64,000 bases of DNA, taken from the NCBI GenBank assembly GCA_013239625.1, contig MU053881.1, positions 12,724,879 to 12,788,878 of the forward strand. Direction: 5' to 3'. The stretch's first letter is position 1. Every line of letters starts with the position of its first letter. The notes under the pieces are model-generated. The model did not search any database and was not told the origin of the DNA. It saw only the letters and a list, made by a program, of their open reading frames with translations. Origin of the DNA: Lama guanicoe. Lineage: Eukaryota. The position numbers and the translations under genes are program-made. Shown in pieces: positions 25,701 through 38,162 of the stretch.

Positions 25701-26699
25701 CACCCAGCTATCTATTGCCCATTTCCAAGTTTTGGTCAGTGTTTCCTGACATAAGTGATTTAACTGCTTTTTGAAGGAATAAAGTTTGAATGAACTAGTT
25801 TTCCAAATTTGCTTTTTGAGGTGAAACAATAATAACAAAAATGAGTGAGATGACAATATTTTTCAAAAGGCCACTAAGTCCATATACAAATTTGTAGCTC
25901 TTAGTTTTGCTAGGAATTCTTCGTTATATATGCTCATTATTTTAAGTATGATATGACTCAATACAAATGCAACACAGTGCTTGATGATCTGTTAATGCCC
26001 TCAACCAACTTACATTTCTGATTTGAGAGGTTTTGTGTTCTGAGTTTGTAACACAGACACCTTTGTTTTGTTGAGTATATGCAAAGAAATGAGTTAAATA
26101 CATGTGTGTGTGATGGGAAGGTTATACATGTCTGGTGTAAAAAATGATCCATTTTTATTGATATTGACACTCTATTTTGGACACATTGTGTATTTTTTGA
26201 ATGTGATAGATTTCATAGCCAGTTTATCACCGTGTTTCCAATCACCAGATTCACAAAATTAATTATTGCTGCAATATAATTTGTAGAGTCTTTCCCTTCT
26301 GATATGCACCTTTCAGAAGATGAGAAGTATACAGTCCAAGGAAAATAGAATCTATTAGTTTACAATATTTATTGCTTTTCTTCTTTCTGTTGCTAAATAT
26401 ACCTTAAAATGTCTATGTGTCATTGTAGCTGTCTTATCTGAGGGTAAGCGGTGCATTTTACCTTTTCTAAAGAAGATTAAGCCTCTTATCTACTGCAAAT
26501 TCTTTAGACTTTCTGTGTTAGTTTTTGCCTCTCTATTCGGTCACTTTATTTCAGAGCCCTTTTGTTTAAAAGCACACAATTTGCTTCTCCCTCTCTGAGC
26601 AAAAATAAAATGAAACACCAGCAACAAATGTGCATTCATACTTTTCATTGCTCTTAGCTGGCTTTTATTTTATCACTCTCTTTCATCCTTCTGGAACTT

Positions 26700-27893
26700 C
26701 TAGATCAGGTAGTATATAATTATTGTTCCCATCTCATCCCCTCATTCCTGCTCTTCAGCCAACTGACACTTGGCTTGTATTTCTACTACACAGAAATTCT
26801 TGCAAAGTCCAGTGGCTTATTTTCTAATTGCTGAATCCTATGACTTTAATTTTAGTTTCTTCTTTGAACTTTCTTTAGTTTTTCTTGACCTTGACAAAGT
26901 GCTCCTGCCTTTCTTCCTTGATGTAATCTTTTCTTGGCTTCCAGAAAATGTGTGTCACCATTAGCCACTCCCCCTACCTTCATGCTCTGAGATTTCCTCT
27001 AAAATTTTCCTTCATTCCTTAACATTTGACATTATCTGAGTTCTTATCCTTGATTCTCTTCATTTTCTTCCTCTTCTCCCTGGGTGATCACATTTCCTTT
27101 CAAAATTTCAAGTACCATCTAGAGCAGTTTATTTCCAACTATGTGTCTTGTGCACCTGATCTCTCTCCTGAGATCCTCTTCTGCATTTGTAGCAGACTTT
27201 TTGCATTTCTAATAGATGTTTCTCAGGAAATTCAAACTTGAAATTCACTATCTTTCTGTTAGTTCCTTGTTTGTATTTCCTGTCTTGGTTAATGACATTA
27301 CTGTTGACTTTAAATCTATGCAAGAGAGACTAATGTTATCCTTAACTTCTGCCTTTCCCCTCATCTTCCACTGTAATCAATTATAAAGTTTATAGATTAG
27401 GCCCTTTAATGTTATCCCTTCTATAACTGAATCTGAATTCAAACTGCTGTCTCTTGTTTTAACTATTGAAAGTACCAACACTTGGTAGCAAATCCTTCTT
27501 TAGCTCTGTTAGCTGCCTCATCCTTTGAATCCTCTGCTCTGGTAACACTGAATTTTTCACAATTTCCAGATCACCCATAAGTTTCAAAACTCTAATGCTT
27601 GTCGCAATCTGTGCTCTTTCCATGGATTGTCTTCTGATATTTTCTCAGCATGGCAAATGTATTCCTCAAGAGTAAGTTAAAATATCACTTTCCCTATGGA
27701 CATTCTTTGACATTCGCAGGTAGACCAGGCATACTTCCTCTGAGCATGGTTCTACCACAGGGTAGTGCAATCTGTTTGTGTGCCTAGCTTCTGCATTGTT
27801 TGAGAGTAAGAAATGTGGCTTATTTATCCTTGTATTCTCAGCTCCTATTGCATGGCTTAGCCCGTAGTAGATTCTAATAAATGCCTTTTGAAT
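26700..27893 (+). mobile_element. L2 LINE remnant
   Basis: ctccctgggtgatcacattt, cctgatctctctcctgag, ccttgtattctcagctcct..gtagtagattctaataaatgccttttgaat 3' end. Confidence 0.8.
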
Positions 27894-28393
27894 AGGAAAC
27901 ATTGTTTTAGAGTGAAAGATTTGCCATTATTGAGAGATTGTATAGTAACTCCTCTTCATCTCACTCCTATTCTTAGAATGAGTCTTGGAGATCTTTCCAA
28001 ATGAATGAATGTGAGTTTTACATATGGGAGCATGAAGCTAGTTTAAATCCACTCATACCTCAGGGTTTGTTCTCCTTCAGAAATGACAGAATTTTCTGTA
28101 GGGTCTTGGATTTTTGTAAACATAAATCATTTCAATGCTTTTGGTCACATCTCCCTTGTGGTTGTACATAAAATCCCTCTTTGTGGGCTAACACTTGTGC
28201 TCTGCTTCATGTTTGCTACATATTTAGAATTTTGAAAAGTATCAATACTAACTGCACAGGGTTTCTAAATTTTAATTTTGACTCATCAAATGCTTTCATT
28301 AATAATTTTGTTGGCAAATATCACACACCTGAAGAAGATGATTTTAATTTACACTAACTTTTGATTAAAAAAATATAAGGATAAGAGAGATGA

Positions 28394-28888
28394 ATGAGGT
28401 ATCACCTCACACCAGTCAGAATGGCCGTCATTCAAAAATCCACAAATGACAAATGCTGGAGAGGCTGTGGAGAAAGGGGAACCCTCCTACACTGCTGGTG
28501 GGAATGCAGTTTGGTGCAGCCACTATGGAAAACAGTGTGGAGATTCCTCAAAAGACTAGGAATAGACTTACCATATGACCCAGGAATCCCACTCCTGGGC
28601 TTGTATCCAGAAGGAAATCTACTTCAGGATGACACCTGCACCCCAATGTTCATAGCAGCACTATTTACAATAGCCAAAACATGGAAACAGCCTAAATGTC
28701 CATCAACAGGTGACTGGATAAAGAAGATGTGGTATATTTATACGATGGAATACTACTCAGCCATAAAAACCGACAACATAATGCCATTTGCAGCAACATG
28801 GATGCTCCTGGAGAATGTCATTCTAAGTGAAGTAAGCCAGAAAGAGAAAGAAAAATACCATATGAGATCGCTCATATGTGGAATCTAA
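28394..28888 (+). pseudogene. L1 ORF2p C-terminal fragment (CCHC zinc knuckle and C-terminal region), 164 aa open
   Basis: [28 protein letters not shown] (C-x3-C-x7-H-x4-C), [23 protein letters not shown] are L1 ORF2p motifs; EN and RT domains absent. Confidence 0.95.
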
Positions 28889-29218
28889 AAAACAAAAACA
28901 AAAACAAACAAACAAACAAAAACAAAGCATAAATACAGGACAGAAATAGACTCACAGACAGAGAATACAGACTTGTGGTTACCAGGGGGGTGGAGGGTGG
29001 GAAGGGATAGACTGGGATTTCAAAATTGTAGAATAGATAAACAAGATTACACTGTATAGCACAGGGAAATATACACAAAATGTTATGATAAATCACAGAG
29101 AAAAAAATGTGACAATGAGTGTGTATATGTCCATGAATGACTGAAAAATTGTGCTGAACACTGGAATTTGACACAACATTGTAAAATGATTATAAATCAA
29201 TAAAAAATGTTAAAAAAA
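28394..29218 (+). mobile_element. Young 5'-truncated L1 (825 bp), camelid-like
   Basis: Uninterrupted ORF2 C-terminus, complete 3' UTR, AATAAA and A7 tail; TSD agagagatga at 28384-28393 and 29220-29229. Confidence 0.95.
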
Positions 29219-31114
29219 GAGAGAGATGACTTGCTTCTTTATGGAATTCTGACACATACTGTAACAGTCATGGTCTACATGTTTTTCCCATGTCTTATAT
29301 GAACACATGGTCCACAGAATGTGGCTGACCATTTGGCAAAACTGACTTCTCAGGAGAAGACAGACATATTTTGATAAAAATAATCTTATAACCCAAGGTC
29401 AGGGAGCAATTGATGAACTATGTGCAAGTTTATATCTCTTTTTATTTGGTAGCTATACATCAGTATCACATTTTTGTGAATTATAATTCTCTGTGCAGAA
29501 AAATGTTCCATGTGGCAACTTCAAAGACAACCTGGTGAGAAACCAAGAGAATATTTAATAATGTTCCTTAGCAATGAGGCATGAATGATCAAATGAAGGT
29601 CCTCCTAGTTAGCTACTGATTATTCTATCATGGCAGGTAACTTCAAAACCACACACGGTCTTTTGAATATTACCTTCATCTCCTAATATTTCTCCCTATC
29701 TCTAGAAGAGAATTACTTTTTGACCTTCCGTAACAGGCAAATGTACTTTGTATTATTTATTGATCTTTTAATATTCTAGGGAGGGCAAGTGGGAATTAAG
29801 TTCAAAAGTGTTATAATTATAGGAAACTTAAAGCTAACTCTTAAATCCTCCTATACTTCATGCAGAAAAAAAAATTCCATTTCTTATAGAAAGTTCTTCC
29901 AGAACACTATCAGGACTTAAAATTTAAATTTAAACTGAGATTTTATTTTATATTCTTTGACATCCTAAGGGGAAGTATGCCATTTGGCAAATATCCCTGA
30001 ATATACAGGAAACTAGTAAATAGTAGCTAAGTTTCACCTTCACTTACCAGACCTCATGGTTGCATCCATTTGTTAAATGACGAAAGAATTCCAAAATTTA
30101 GCTTTGAAACAAAAGAGGAGAACATACATGCTCAGTAAACACTATTCAGATATGCTAATAGTCTTTAAAAATGGCAGTAGCCATAAAAAACAATAAATAG
30201 ACCATTTAGTTTAAAATTAGGAGAGACAAGAAAAACACAATCTACTACCTTACTAATCCTGGTGGGAAATCATTCCACTGATTGACTATAGCTATTATAT
30301 GTACGCTGAATAAGGCCAATTTAAAATTATTTAATTTGATAAGGAAAATTTCTAAGTAAGCCCAAAATAATGAACATGTAATTAAAAATACCTTATGAAA
30401 AGGTGAGGGCTATCTATTGTTGTTGTTCCTTGATGTTCATTTTCCATCTGGGAAGTCTGATTATATCCTGAGGCTTTTTACATTGTACCAAGTGCTGGTC
30501 AGTAAACATTTCATGCAGTAGTCCTGAAATTGTTCGGTACTTAGTCTCCCACTACAGTTACCTTAGGTGAGTTCATACATCTGTCCTTGTCTCTTTTTAC
30601 ATCATAAGGCAGCAGAAGCAAAAGCTGCTTTAAAAAAATAAAACTGGTTTATTTTCACAGTTGCCCATTTAATTATTCTACTTAAAATTTTTATTTAACT
30701 GTTTATTCCATATTGGGCTTTAAAGAAAGAGTTGCGTGCGGAAAGTAAGAGGACATGCGTTATGAGGCTGAGATTGGGCAAGAGAACCCATATACACGTA
30801 TAAATGAATTGCTGTTATGTTGGTTTTATTGGTTCAGAGGGCTTATGATTTATGATATGCTTATAAAATAATAAATCAGTATATACAAGTAGTCATCTTG
30901 TACTTGCTTTGATTCATTGCAGCAATGTCTTTATTTTTTCACAGCATTTACAGAACATAACCTGGGTGAGAACGACAATAATCAGTGCTTCTCTTTTTCT
31001 ATAGTATCTTCCTTAACCTTGAGATTTGCCAACTTAAAAGTTAATAAAAATAATCCCTCCTTACATTTATGCAGCTCTTTTCCTTCTAAAAGCTCATGTT
31101 TCACCATTGTGCTG

Positions 31115-31128
31115 ATTTCCATGGCAAC
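31115..31128. promoter_or_regulatory. RFX X-box-like motif
   Basis: ATTTCCATGGCAAC, one mismatch to GTTNCCATGGNAAC; motif match only. Confidence 0.35.
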
Positions 31129-31450
31129 CATGTAAGTCAGGTTTCTTAAAACTAAATATTACAAGGAAAACAGAAAATCCAGATGAAGCTTTGGATTTTT
31201 GCTTACCTGGGAAGATCAGTTATATGTGACACGTGCTCCAAAGGTCAGTACTTTGATGACACTCTTTCAGACTGAAGAGACAGTCACTGTTACGTTCTTG
31301 GCTTTCTCAAGAAAAATACCTATCTTTCAAAAAGCTAAGGTGTGAGGAAAGCATCAGTCTCTTGACCTTTTCCTGGCCCCTCCCCTTTCACCAATTGCTC
31401 TTTCATCACGGGAAGTATTTGTAAATGTTTGTAGATTCAAGATAATCTCA

Positions 31451-32565
31451 AAATGTTTGGTAAATTCACCCGTGAAGCCATCTGGTCTTGGACTTCTGTT
31501 TGTTGGGAGTTTTTAAATTACTGATTCGATTTCAGTACTGATAATTGCTCTATTCATATTTTCTATTTCTTCCTGGTTCAGTTTTGGCAGATTGTAGCTT
31601 TCTAAGAAATTGTCTATTTCTTCTAGGTTATCCTTTTTGTTGGCATATAGTTGCTCATAGTAGCCTCTTTTTTTCCCTTATTTGGTATATATATATCTAT
31701 TTATTGGAGTATATTCAGTTTATCATATTCAGTTTGTGTCAATTTCTGGTGTACAGCATAATGTTTCAGTCATAGATGAACATACATATATTCGTTTTCG
31801 TATTCTTTTTCACCATAAGTTACAAGATACTGAATATAGTTCCCTGTGCTATACAGTGTAAACTTGTTGTTTCTCTATTTATATATAATAGTATCTGCAA
31901 ATCTCAAACTTCCAATTTAACTCTTCCCACTCCCTTCCTTTCCCCCAGTAACTGTAAGTTTGTTCTCTATGTCTGTGAGCCTGTTTCTATTTTGTAAATT
32001 AGTTCATTTGTCTTTTTTTATTCCACATATAAATGATATCATGTGATATTTTTCTTTTAGAGAAGAGTTAACACCTATCCTGAAACTATTCCAGAAAATT
32101 TCAGAAGAAGGAATAGTTCCAAACTCATTCCGAGGCCACCATCACTCTGATACCAAAACCAGATGAAGATATCACACACACACACACACAAAATTATAGG
32201 CATAAGATGTTGCTTATATGTGGAATCTAAAAAAAAAAGATACAAATTTTATTTACAAACCAGAAATAGACTCATGGATATAGAAAACAGTGTTTACCAG
32301 GGGGCAGTATGGGGGGAGGAATAGATTAAGTGTTTGGGATTAATGGATACACATGACTATGTATAAAGGAGATAAACAACAAGGACATACTGTATAGCAT
32401 AGGGAACTATATTCAATTTCTTGTAATGAACCATAATGGAAAAGAAACTGAAAAAAAAAATCTATGTATATGTATAACTGAATTGTTTTGCTGTACCCCT
32501 GAAACTAACATTGCATATTGACTATCTATCCTTCAATAAAAAGTAAGAATAAAAACATTTTTAAA
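31451..32565 (+). mobile_element. L1 with 5' inversion and internal deletion
   Basis: Minus-strand ORF2 piece ~31451-31667, plus-strand continuation from ~32056, jump to the ORF2 end/3' UTR at ~32200; TSD aatctcaaaat at 31444-31454 and 32566-32576. Confidence 0.85.
31668..32055 (-). mobile_element. Second L1 3' UTR fragment at the inversion junction
   Basis: gtgtcaatttctggtgtacagcataatgtttcagtcat..gttccctgtgctataca..gtctgtgagcctgtttcta..ttccacatataaatgatatcat. Confidence 0.85.
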
Positions 32566-33023
32566 AATCTCAAAATTTCTTAGCTCAAGCAGATAGATGA
32601 AGTTGGGAACTAATAGGGAATTAATCAGTGTCTTTTCATTCTACATAGCTTTGTTAATCACTATCATGTTTCATATACTGTTGTAGGCGCTGAAAATGAA
32701 GCACTGAACAAGAAAGATAGTTTTTCTGTTTTCATGGTAGTTATATTTAACAGGAAGGAAAAAAAAAACCTAAAAAGTAATAGTGATAAGACGCATATAG
32801 GAAATGGTACCAGATGATTTGGTTTGAAGATGAAATACAAACATTTGATATTAAGAGAACATGGCATCTCAGAGACATTGAATATAAACTGCAAGTAACG
32901 AGTTTTCCTAGTGCTTCATGAATTTCTGCCCTGTAAGCAACACATATTATACATAGTAAACCCTCTAGCCCCGAGGCAACTGCTCATCTGCTTTCTGTTT
33001 CTATAAATTTGCCTAATTTGTAT

Positions 33024-33996
33024 TTTTCTTTTTTTTAAATTGAGATATAATTGGCATATAACATTATGTTAGTTTCAGATGTACAACATAATGATTTGAT
33101 ATGTGTATACATTATGAAATGATCACCACAATAAGGCTAGTTAACATCCATTATCATGCATAGTTCATAGTTACAAAAATATTTTTTTCCTTGAAATGAG
33201 CACTTTCAAGATTTACTCTCTTAGCAGCTTTCAAATATGCAAGACATTATTAACTACAGACACCGTGCTGTACATTATATCCTCGTGACTTTTCTATATT
33301 GTAAGTGGAAGTTTGCACTTTTAGACCCCCTTCACCCATTTCACCTCCTCACCCCCAACTCCCCCAACCACCTGCCTCTGGTAACAATCAGTATGTTCTC
33401 TATATCTATAAGCAAAATATTTTTTTCTGTCTAACATTTCATTTAGCATAATCCCCTGCAGGTCCATCTATTTGTTGCAAATAGCAAAAAGATTTCCTTC
33501 TTTTTATGACTGAATAAGATTTCATTTTGTATGTATACACACACATATATAACACTTTATTTTATATATATACATATATATATAATATATATATGGGTGA
33601 TATTTTCTGTATCCATTCATCCATTGACACTTAGGTTGTTTCCATGTCTTGGCTATTATAAATAATGCTGCAATGAACATGATAGGGATGCTTAAATCTT
33701 TTTGAGTTAGTGTTTTCGTTTTCTTTGGATAAATACCCAGTAGTGGAATTGCTCTATCATTTGATAGTTCTATTTTTAATTTTCTGAGGCATCTCCATAC
33801 TGTTGCCCATAATGGCTGCACCAGTTTACATTCCCACCAGCAGTACATGAGGGTTCCCTTTTCTCCACATCCTCGCCAACATTTGTTTTTTGTGTTCTTT
33901 TAGCTGATAGCCATTCTGACACGTGGGAGGTGATATCTCATTGTGGTTTTGGTTTGCATTTCCCTGTTGATTAATGATATTGAGCATCTTTTCATG
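33024..33996 (-). mobile_element. 5'-truncated L1 (L1MA-like)
   Basis: ORF 33522-33848 [30 protein letters not shown]; 3' UTR aattgagatataattggcatataacatt; T tail. Confidence 0.92.
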
Positions 33997-36216
33997 AGAC
34001 TTTAAATCATTTTTTCAAATAATTTCCTCCAGTTTTCCTCAGGAGCAGGTCTGTGTGGAGAACCTCCTCCCTTTTCCACTTTGAAAGTGAGACCCAAGAC
34101 CACTTTTTAAATTGATCATCCAGCGTCGCCTGGTTACGTGTGTATTAATGTGCTGAGGGACTCCTGTATTTTATTTTCCAGGGTTTAGTCCTGAGGGTCT
34201 AATGATTAGAATGAGTTTAAAGGGATGAAAATGCTCCCTTAGTAGGGACATGTTTACTCAACTCATTGACTAGTAATTTGAATATCTGTTCTTCAGTCTT
34301 CTTTATTCATTTTGATGTTCTACTTTGCCTCATATTCACCAGACTTTCAGTCTGTTTGGGCTTCGCAATATTAATAAGACCCCAGAATACCTATGGATAG
34401 CAAATCTTTGTTGACACATACCTATCCTGTAGGTGTCATCATTCTGATATTACAACATGATGACAAAGATACTTGTTTGGACTGAGGTACTCATCAGTAG
34501 CCCTCAAGAATGGCATCCTGGAGGCTGGGCATTGCTCAAAGACATCAAACAAAATTTTGCTATTTTTGAGCTATCTGCTATTTCCTGTCCCCTAATATGC
34601 TATTAGAACTTTCAAACATACAGAATATTTAGATGGATATTAAAATGAACATATATATAATAACATCTAGAGTTAATAATTATTGTTATTTATGATTGTG
34701 GTGGTTCAGCAAATATTCTGACATATTTCTTTTGTCTGTCTCTCTCACTTGCTGAACCATTAAAAATAAATTGTGTAACTTGTAATTCTTTCTCTTGAAA
34801 TTCTTTGGTCTTCATCTTCTAAAAGATTACTAGATCTCAATAGCTTAGTATTTCTTTCAAAAAGAGAACTTCCATATCTATATGTATCCCATTTTCTGGG
34901 AGAGTATAATCCTTAAAGATTTGGTAGCAAATACAGTACTTTGGCTCTTCAGATGTAACTTGAGGATTCTGAGTTATTTGTATACAAAATTTATGTACTT
35001 GTTGAAAAGTTAAAATAGTAGTGAAAAACACATGTATATGCAAAAATATATACATATACATATATACACACACACGTATATGTGTATATATACATCTATC
35101 TCTTCAGGAATCAGGCTATTTCCAAATAAACACACATTAACAGTTGACAGACACAATTTAGATTTTTTTTTTAGTATTTGATTAATGAATAATTAAAATA
35201 ATGAAATAAATTATTCAGTTTTTAACAGTAAAAACATTTTAAATGTTAAGTAATCATGAATTTAAGCAATGAAGTTAATAAAATTAATTTAGTTCAGGAA
35301 GCAGTGAGACTTTCATTAGTTTACTTTGAAAATTACGTTTTCCCCCATGAGTGAATTTAAATGAGTTTCATTGGCTGTTAAGCCATTAATCAAGCTTTTA
35401 TTTGTATTTGGAGAGTGTTTGGCATCATTCAGGTAACCTTTCTCTAAATGATGTGGTTTCTGCATCTGTGCTTTTTCTGTTTTAGCTAATGAAGGCCAAC
35501 ATTCATGAATAGTGAATTTAAAGGTGATCTAGTGTTTTCTCTTAATGAGCTCATATTTGATTTCTTAACATTATTTTTTCTTTAAACCAAAAGTAATTAT
35601 GATTAGTGGAGAAAAAAAAGTGTGTTTTTTTTTCTATTGCGGACCATAAAAACCAATCCCTGTCACTGTCAGTGATATGGTTGTCACTTGCTTGCTGTAA
35701 TCAGAATTTTGAAGACTCTTCCCTTTTATCTATGGGATGAGATTTGTGAAGTTGTAGAGGTAGGGATGACATTGAATGAAGATAGAAACACAGAAAGACG
35801 AAAGAAATCTTTATGATTTGTCCTCCTTTAATTTGGTAGTTTTTATAGCCCTTTAGCTGACCGTTTTGATTTTACTGTTTCAGCAAGGAAAAGGTTGGTA
35901 ACAACCTTGGCAGGCAGAAAAAGTAACTAGGGAAACACAGTCTCAGTGTTAATGTTAGGAAAAATCCCATGGAACTTGTTATCCTAGTTCTTATTGAGCT
36001 GAGAATTACCTTGCTGTCACTTTATTTTGTCAGTCAGGGAGTGGCTTTTGTAGGAACTGTTCCCGATCAACTGCCAGTCACCACCCGTGTGCCAGTCATC
36101 TCCTTGCCTTCTTCCCATGATGCCTTAGCACAGGCGGTACGTTCAGTGGAGAATAGACTTGACTCCAGAGCATTAAATGAAACATGCCTCGTGATTCCAA
36201 ATGCCTTTGCTGTCAT

Positions 36217-36232
36217 TCAGTAGGTGGCAGTC
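36217..36232 (+). promoter_or_regulatory. CTCF-like core motif
   Basis: TCAGTAGGTGGCAGTC against consensus CCASYAGRKGGCRS (first base mismatched). Confidence 0.35.
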
Positions 36233-37159
36233 TTTTCATTTTGACTGAACCCAGGACCTGGAATACACCAAGGCTTAGAGGGGGCAGGGCTGGTGTTAGG
36301 CACAGGGAAAGGGTCCATGGTAGTATGAGTTGGGGAATTGAAAGATCATCTTTGCCTGGAAATTGTTTTCTGAATGGGAACTCACATTGCCTGGTTAGTT
36401 AGTTGTTGCTTTAAAAATGATTCCATTCATTAAATCCATTGGAATGGCTTTGTATCAGAAAAAACATGTTGAATGTGTATGTGTATGGAGGGGAGCGTGC
36501 TGTGGTTTGGAAGATGAGAATAGAAGATTTGAGACCCAGGGTCCTGTCTTGTCCTTGGGAAAGGATACCAAGTGATGGTGAAAGTAGGGAATGGAAAGAG
36601 GAAAAGACCCACATTTTCATGCTTCTTCACATTCTTATGGTCTTATGAGACTATACCTAAGAGAACATTCTGGTGTTTAGGGAAGAATGAACTTCCTTTT
36701 AAATATCTGTTTGATGTGTGCATTTTTAAGCAGAAGCTCTGATATATTATAATCCTTTGTATATGTAGGGTTTGCTGTGTATTAATAAATGGTATTAAAT
36801 TGCAACATCCTCCTAAGTAATGTTTCTGGATTTGTTTATTAATAAAGTAACAACTTAGCCTTCCATGGTTATTGCAAAACAATTGTGAAAATGTGTGTAT
36901 TATGTTTTTTTTGTTTATCTTTTAGTCACATACATACACACATACCCTCCACCACCAACAAAAGTATAGCTGAGGACTTACTATGTAGTACATTGAAATG
37001 GTAATATTTTTGAGCCTGGAAATGATTCTATATGTTGTCTATTAATGTTAGAACATCAAGTAAAATGATTGACTCAAATATTTTGCAGTGCTTGTGTCCA
37101 AACTTACAATTTATATATTTCACGTTCATGCTTTTGACGAAAAAAAAAAAAGCTCTCTG

Positions 37160-37229
37160 AAAAGTGTTAAATCAAAGATGATACTCTCTATCATAAAAGT
37201 GTTAAATCAAAGATGATACTCTCTATCAT
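37160..37229 (+). repeat. Perfect 35-bp tandem duplication
   Basis: aaaagtgttaaatcaaagatgatactctctatcat x2. Confidence 0.97.
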
Positions 37230-37377
37230 GCAATTAGAGAACTTCTCCAGGCTATTATTACTTTGGTAAAATCAAGGTTTTTGGAGTTCAGTCATTTAAC
37301 CACCTGGAAATATATATAGCCCACCTAGACATCAAAAGAATCATGGCCAAATGCCTGGCTGCAATCCAGATGCATTG

Positions 37378-37770
37378 TCCATCCATCCATCCATCCATCC
37401 ACCCACCTATCTATATATCCAGTTATTCACCCAACATTTACTGAAAGCCTAGTAGGTGAACAGAGTAATGAACATGGCAGACAGGGCCCCTGTTCTCCTA
37501 TAGCTGATAATCTACTGAGAAAAAAAATCAAACTGTAAGTAAATAATTAAAGTAGATAAGTTCCATAGTTTCAAAGTGATACATACTTGGATGTCTATAG
37601 ATATATGTCTGGATATGTGGCTGGCATCTCTATTGGTATTTTTGGAAGGGCAGTCAGGGGGTTCTCCATGTGGAGCTGAGATCCAATTGTTTACAAAGAG
37701 CTCTCTTGAAAAAAAAAAGGGAAAATATTCTAGGCAGAGAGAACGACATGTGTAAAGATGCTGAGGCAGG
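37378..37770 (-). mobile_element. L2 3' remnant with (TCCA)n tail
   Basis: (tcca)n, caacatttactgaaagcctag, acagggcccctgttctcctatagct, attctaggcagagagaac..tgtaaagatgctgaggcagg. Confidence 0.75.
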
Positions 37771-37924
37771 TATAATCTGGAAGGCTATTTACTCATTCAC
37801 CCAACATATATCTGTTGCATTCTCAGTATGTGCCAGGCGCCATGCTAGGGTAAGTCTGGAGTAAACTAGGTAAACTCCGCACTTTGCTCAGTGGCATTTC
37901 AGTTGTCCCTGTTCCTAACAAAAG

Positions 37925-38162
37925 TAGGTGAAAAGTGCAGACGCGAATTTATGCCAGTCAGGTTTAAATTCTGACTGCCAATTGTTATTTGTAAGACTTT
38001 GGAGAAGTCTTTGAATCTGTGTAAGTCTCAGTTTCCCCTTTGTAAAATGCAGATACTAATAACACACATCCCATAGAAGATTTGCGGGGATAAGTGTCAG
38101 TTTTTATGTAGACATTAGAATAATGCCTGGCACATAATAAGTCTTCAATGAATGTCAGCTTC
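37925..38162 (+). mobile_element. MIR SINE
   Basis: ggtttaaattctgac..gtctcagtttcccctttgtaaaatg..tagaataatgcctggcacataataagtcttcaatgaatgtcagct. Confidence 0.85.

Noticed and set aside
37160..37229. CRISPR-like 35-bp repeat
   Set aside because: Only two abutting copies with no spacer, in mammalian DNA with no cas genes
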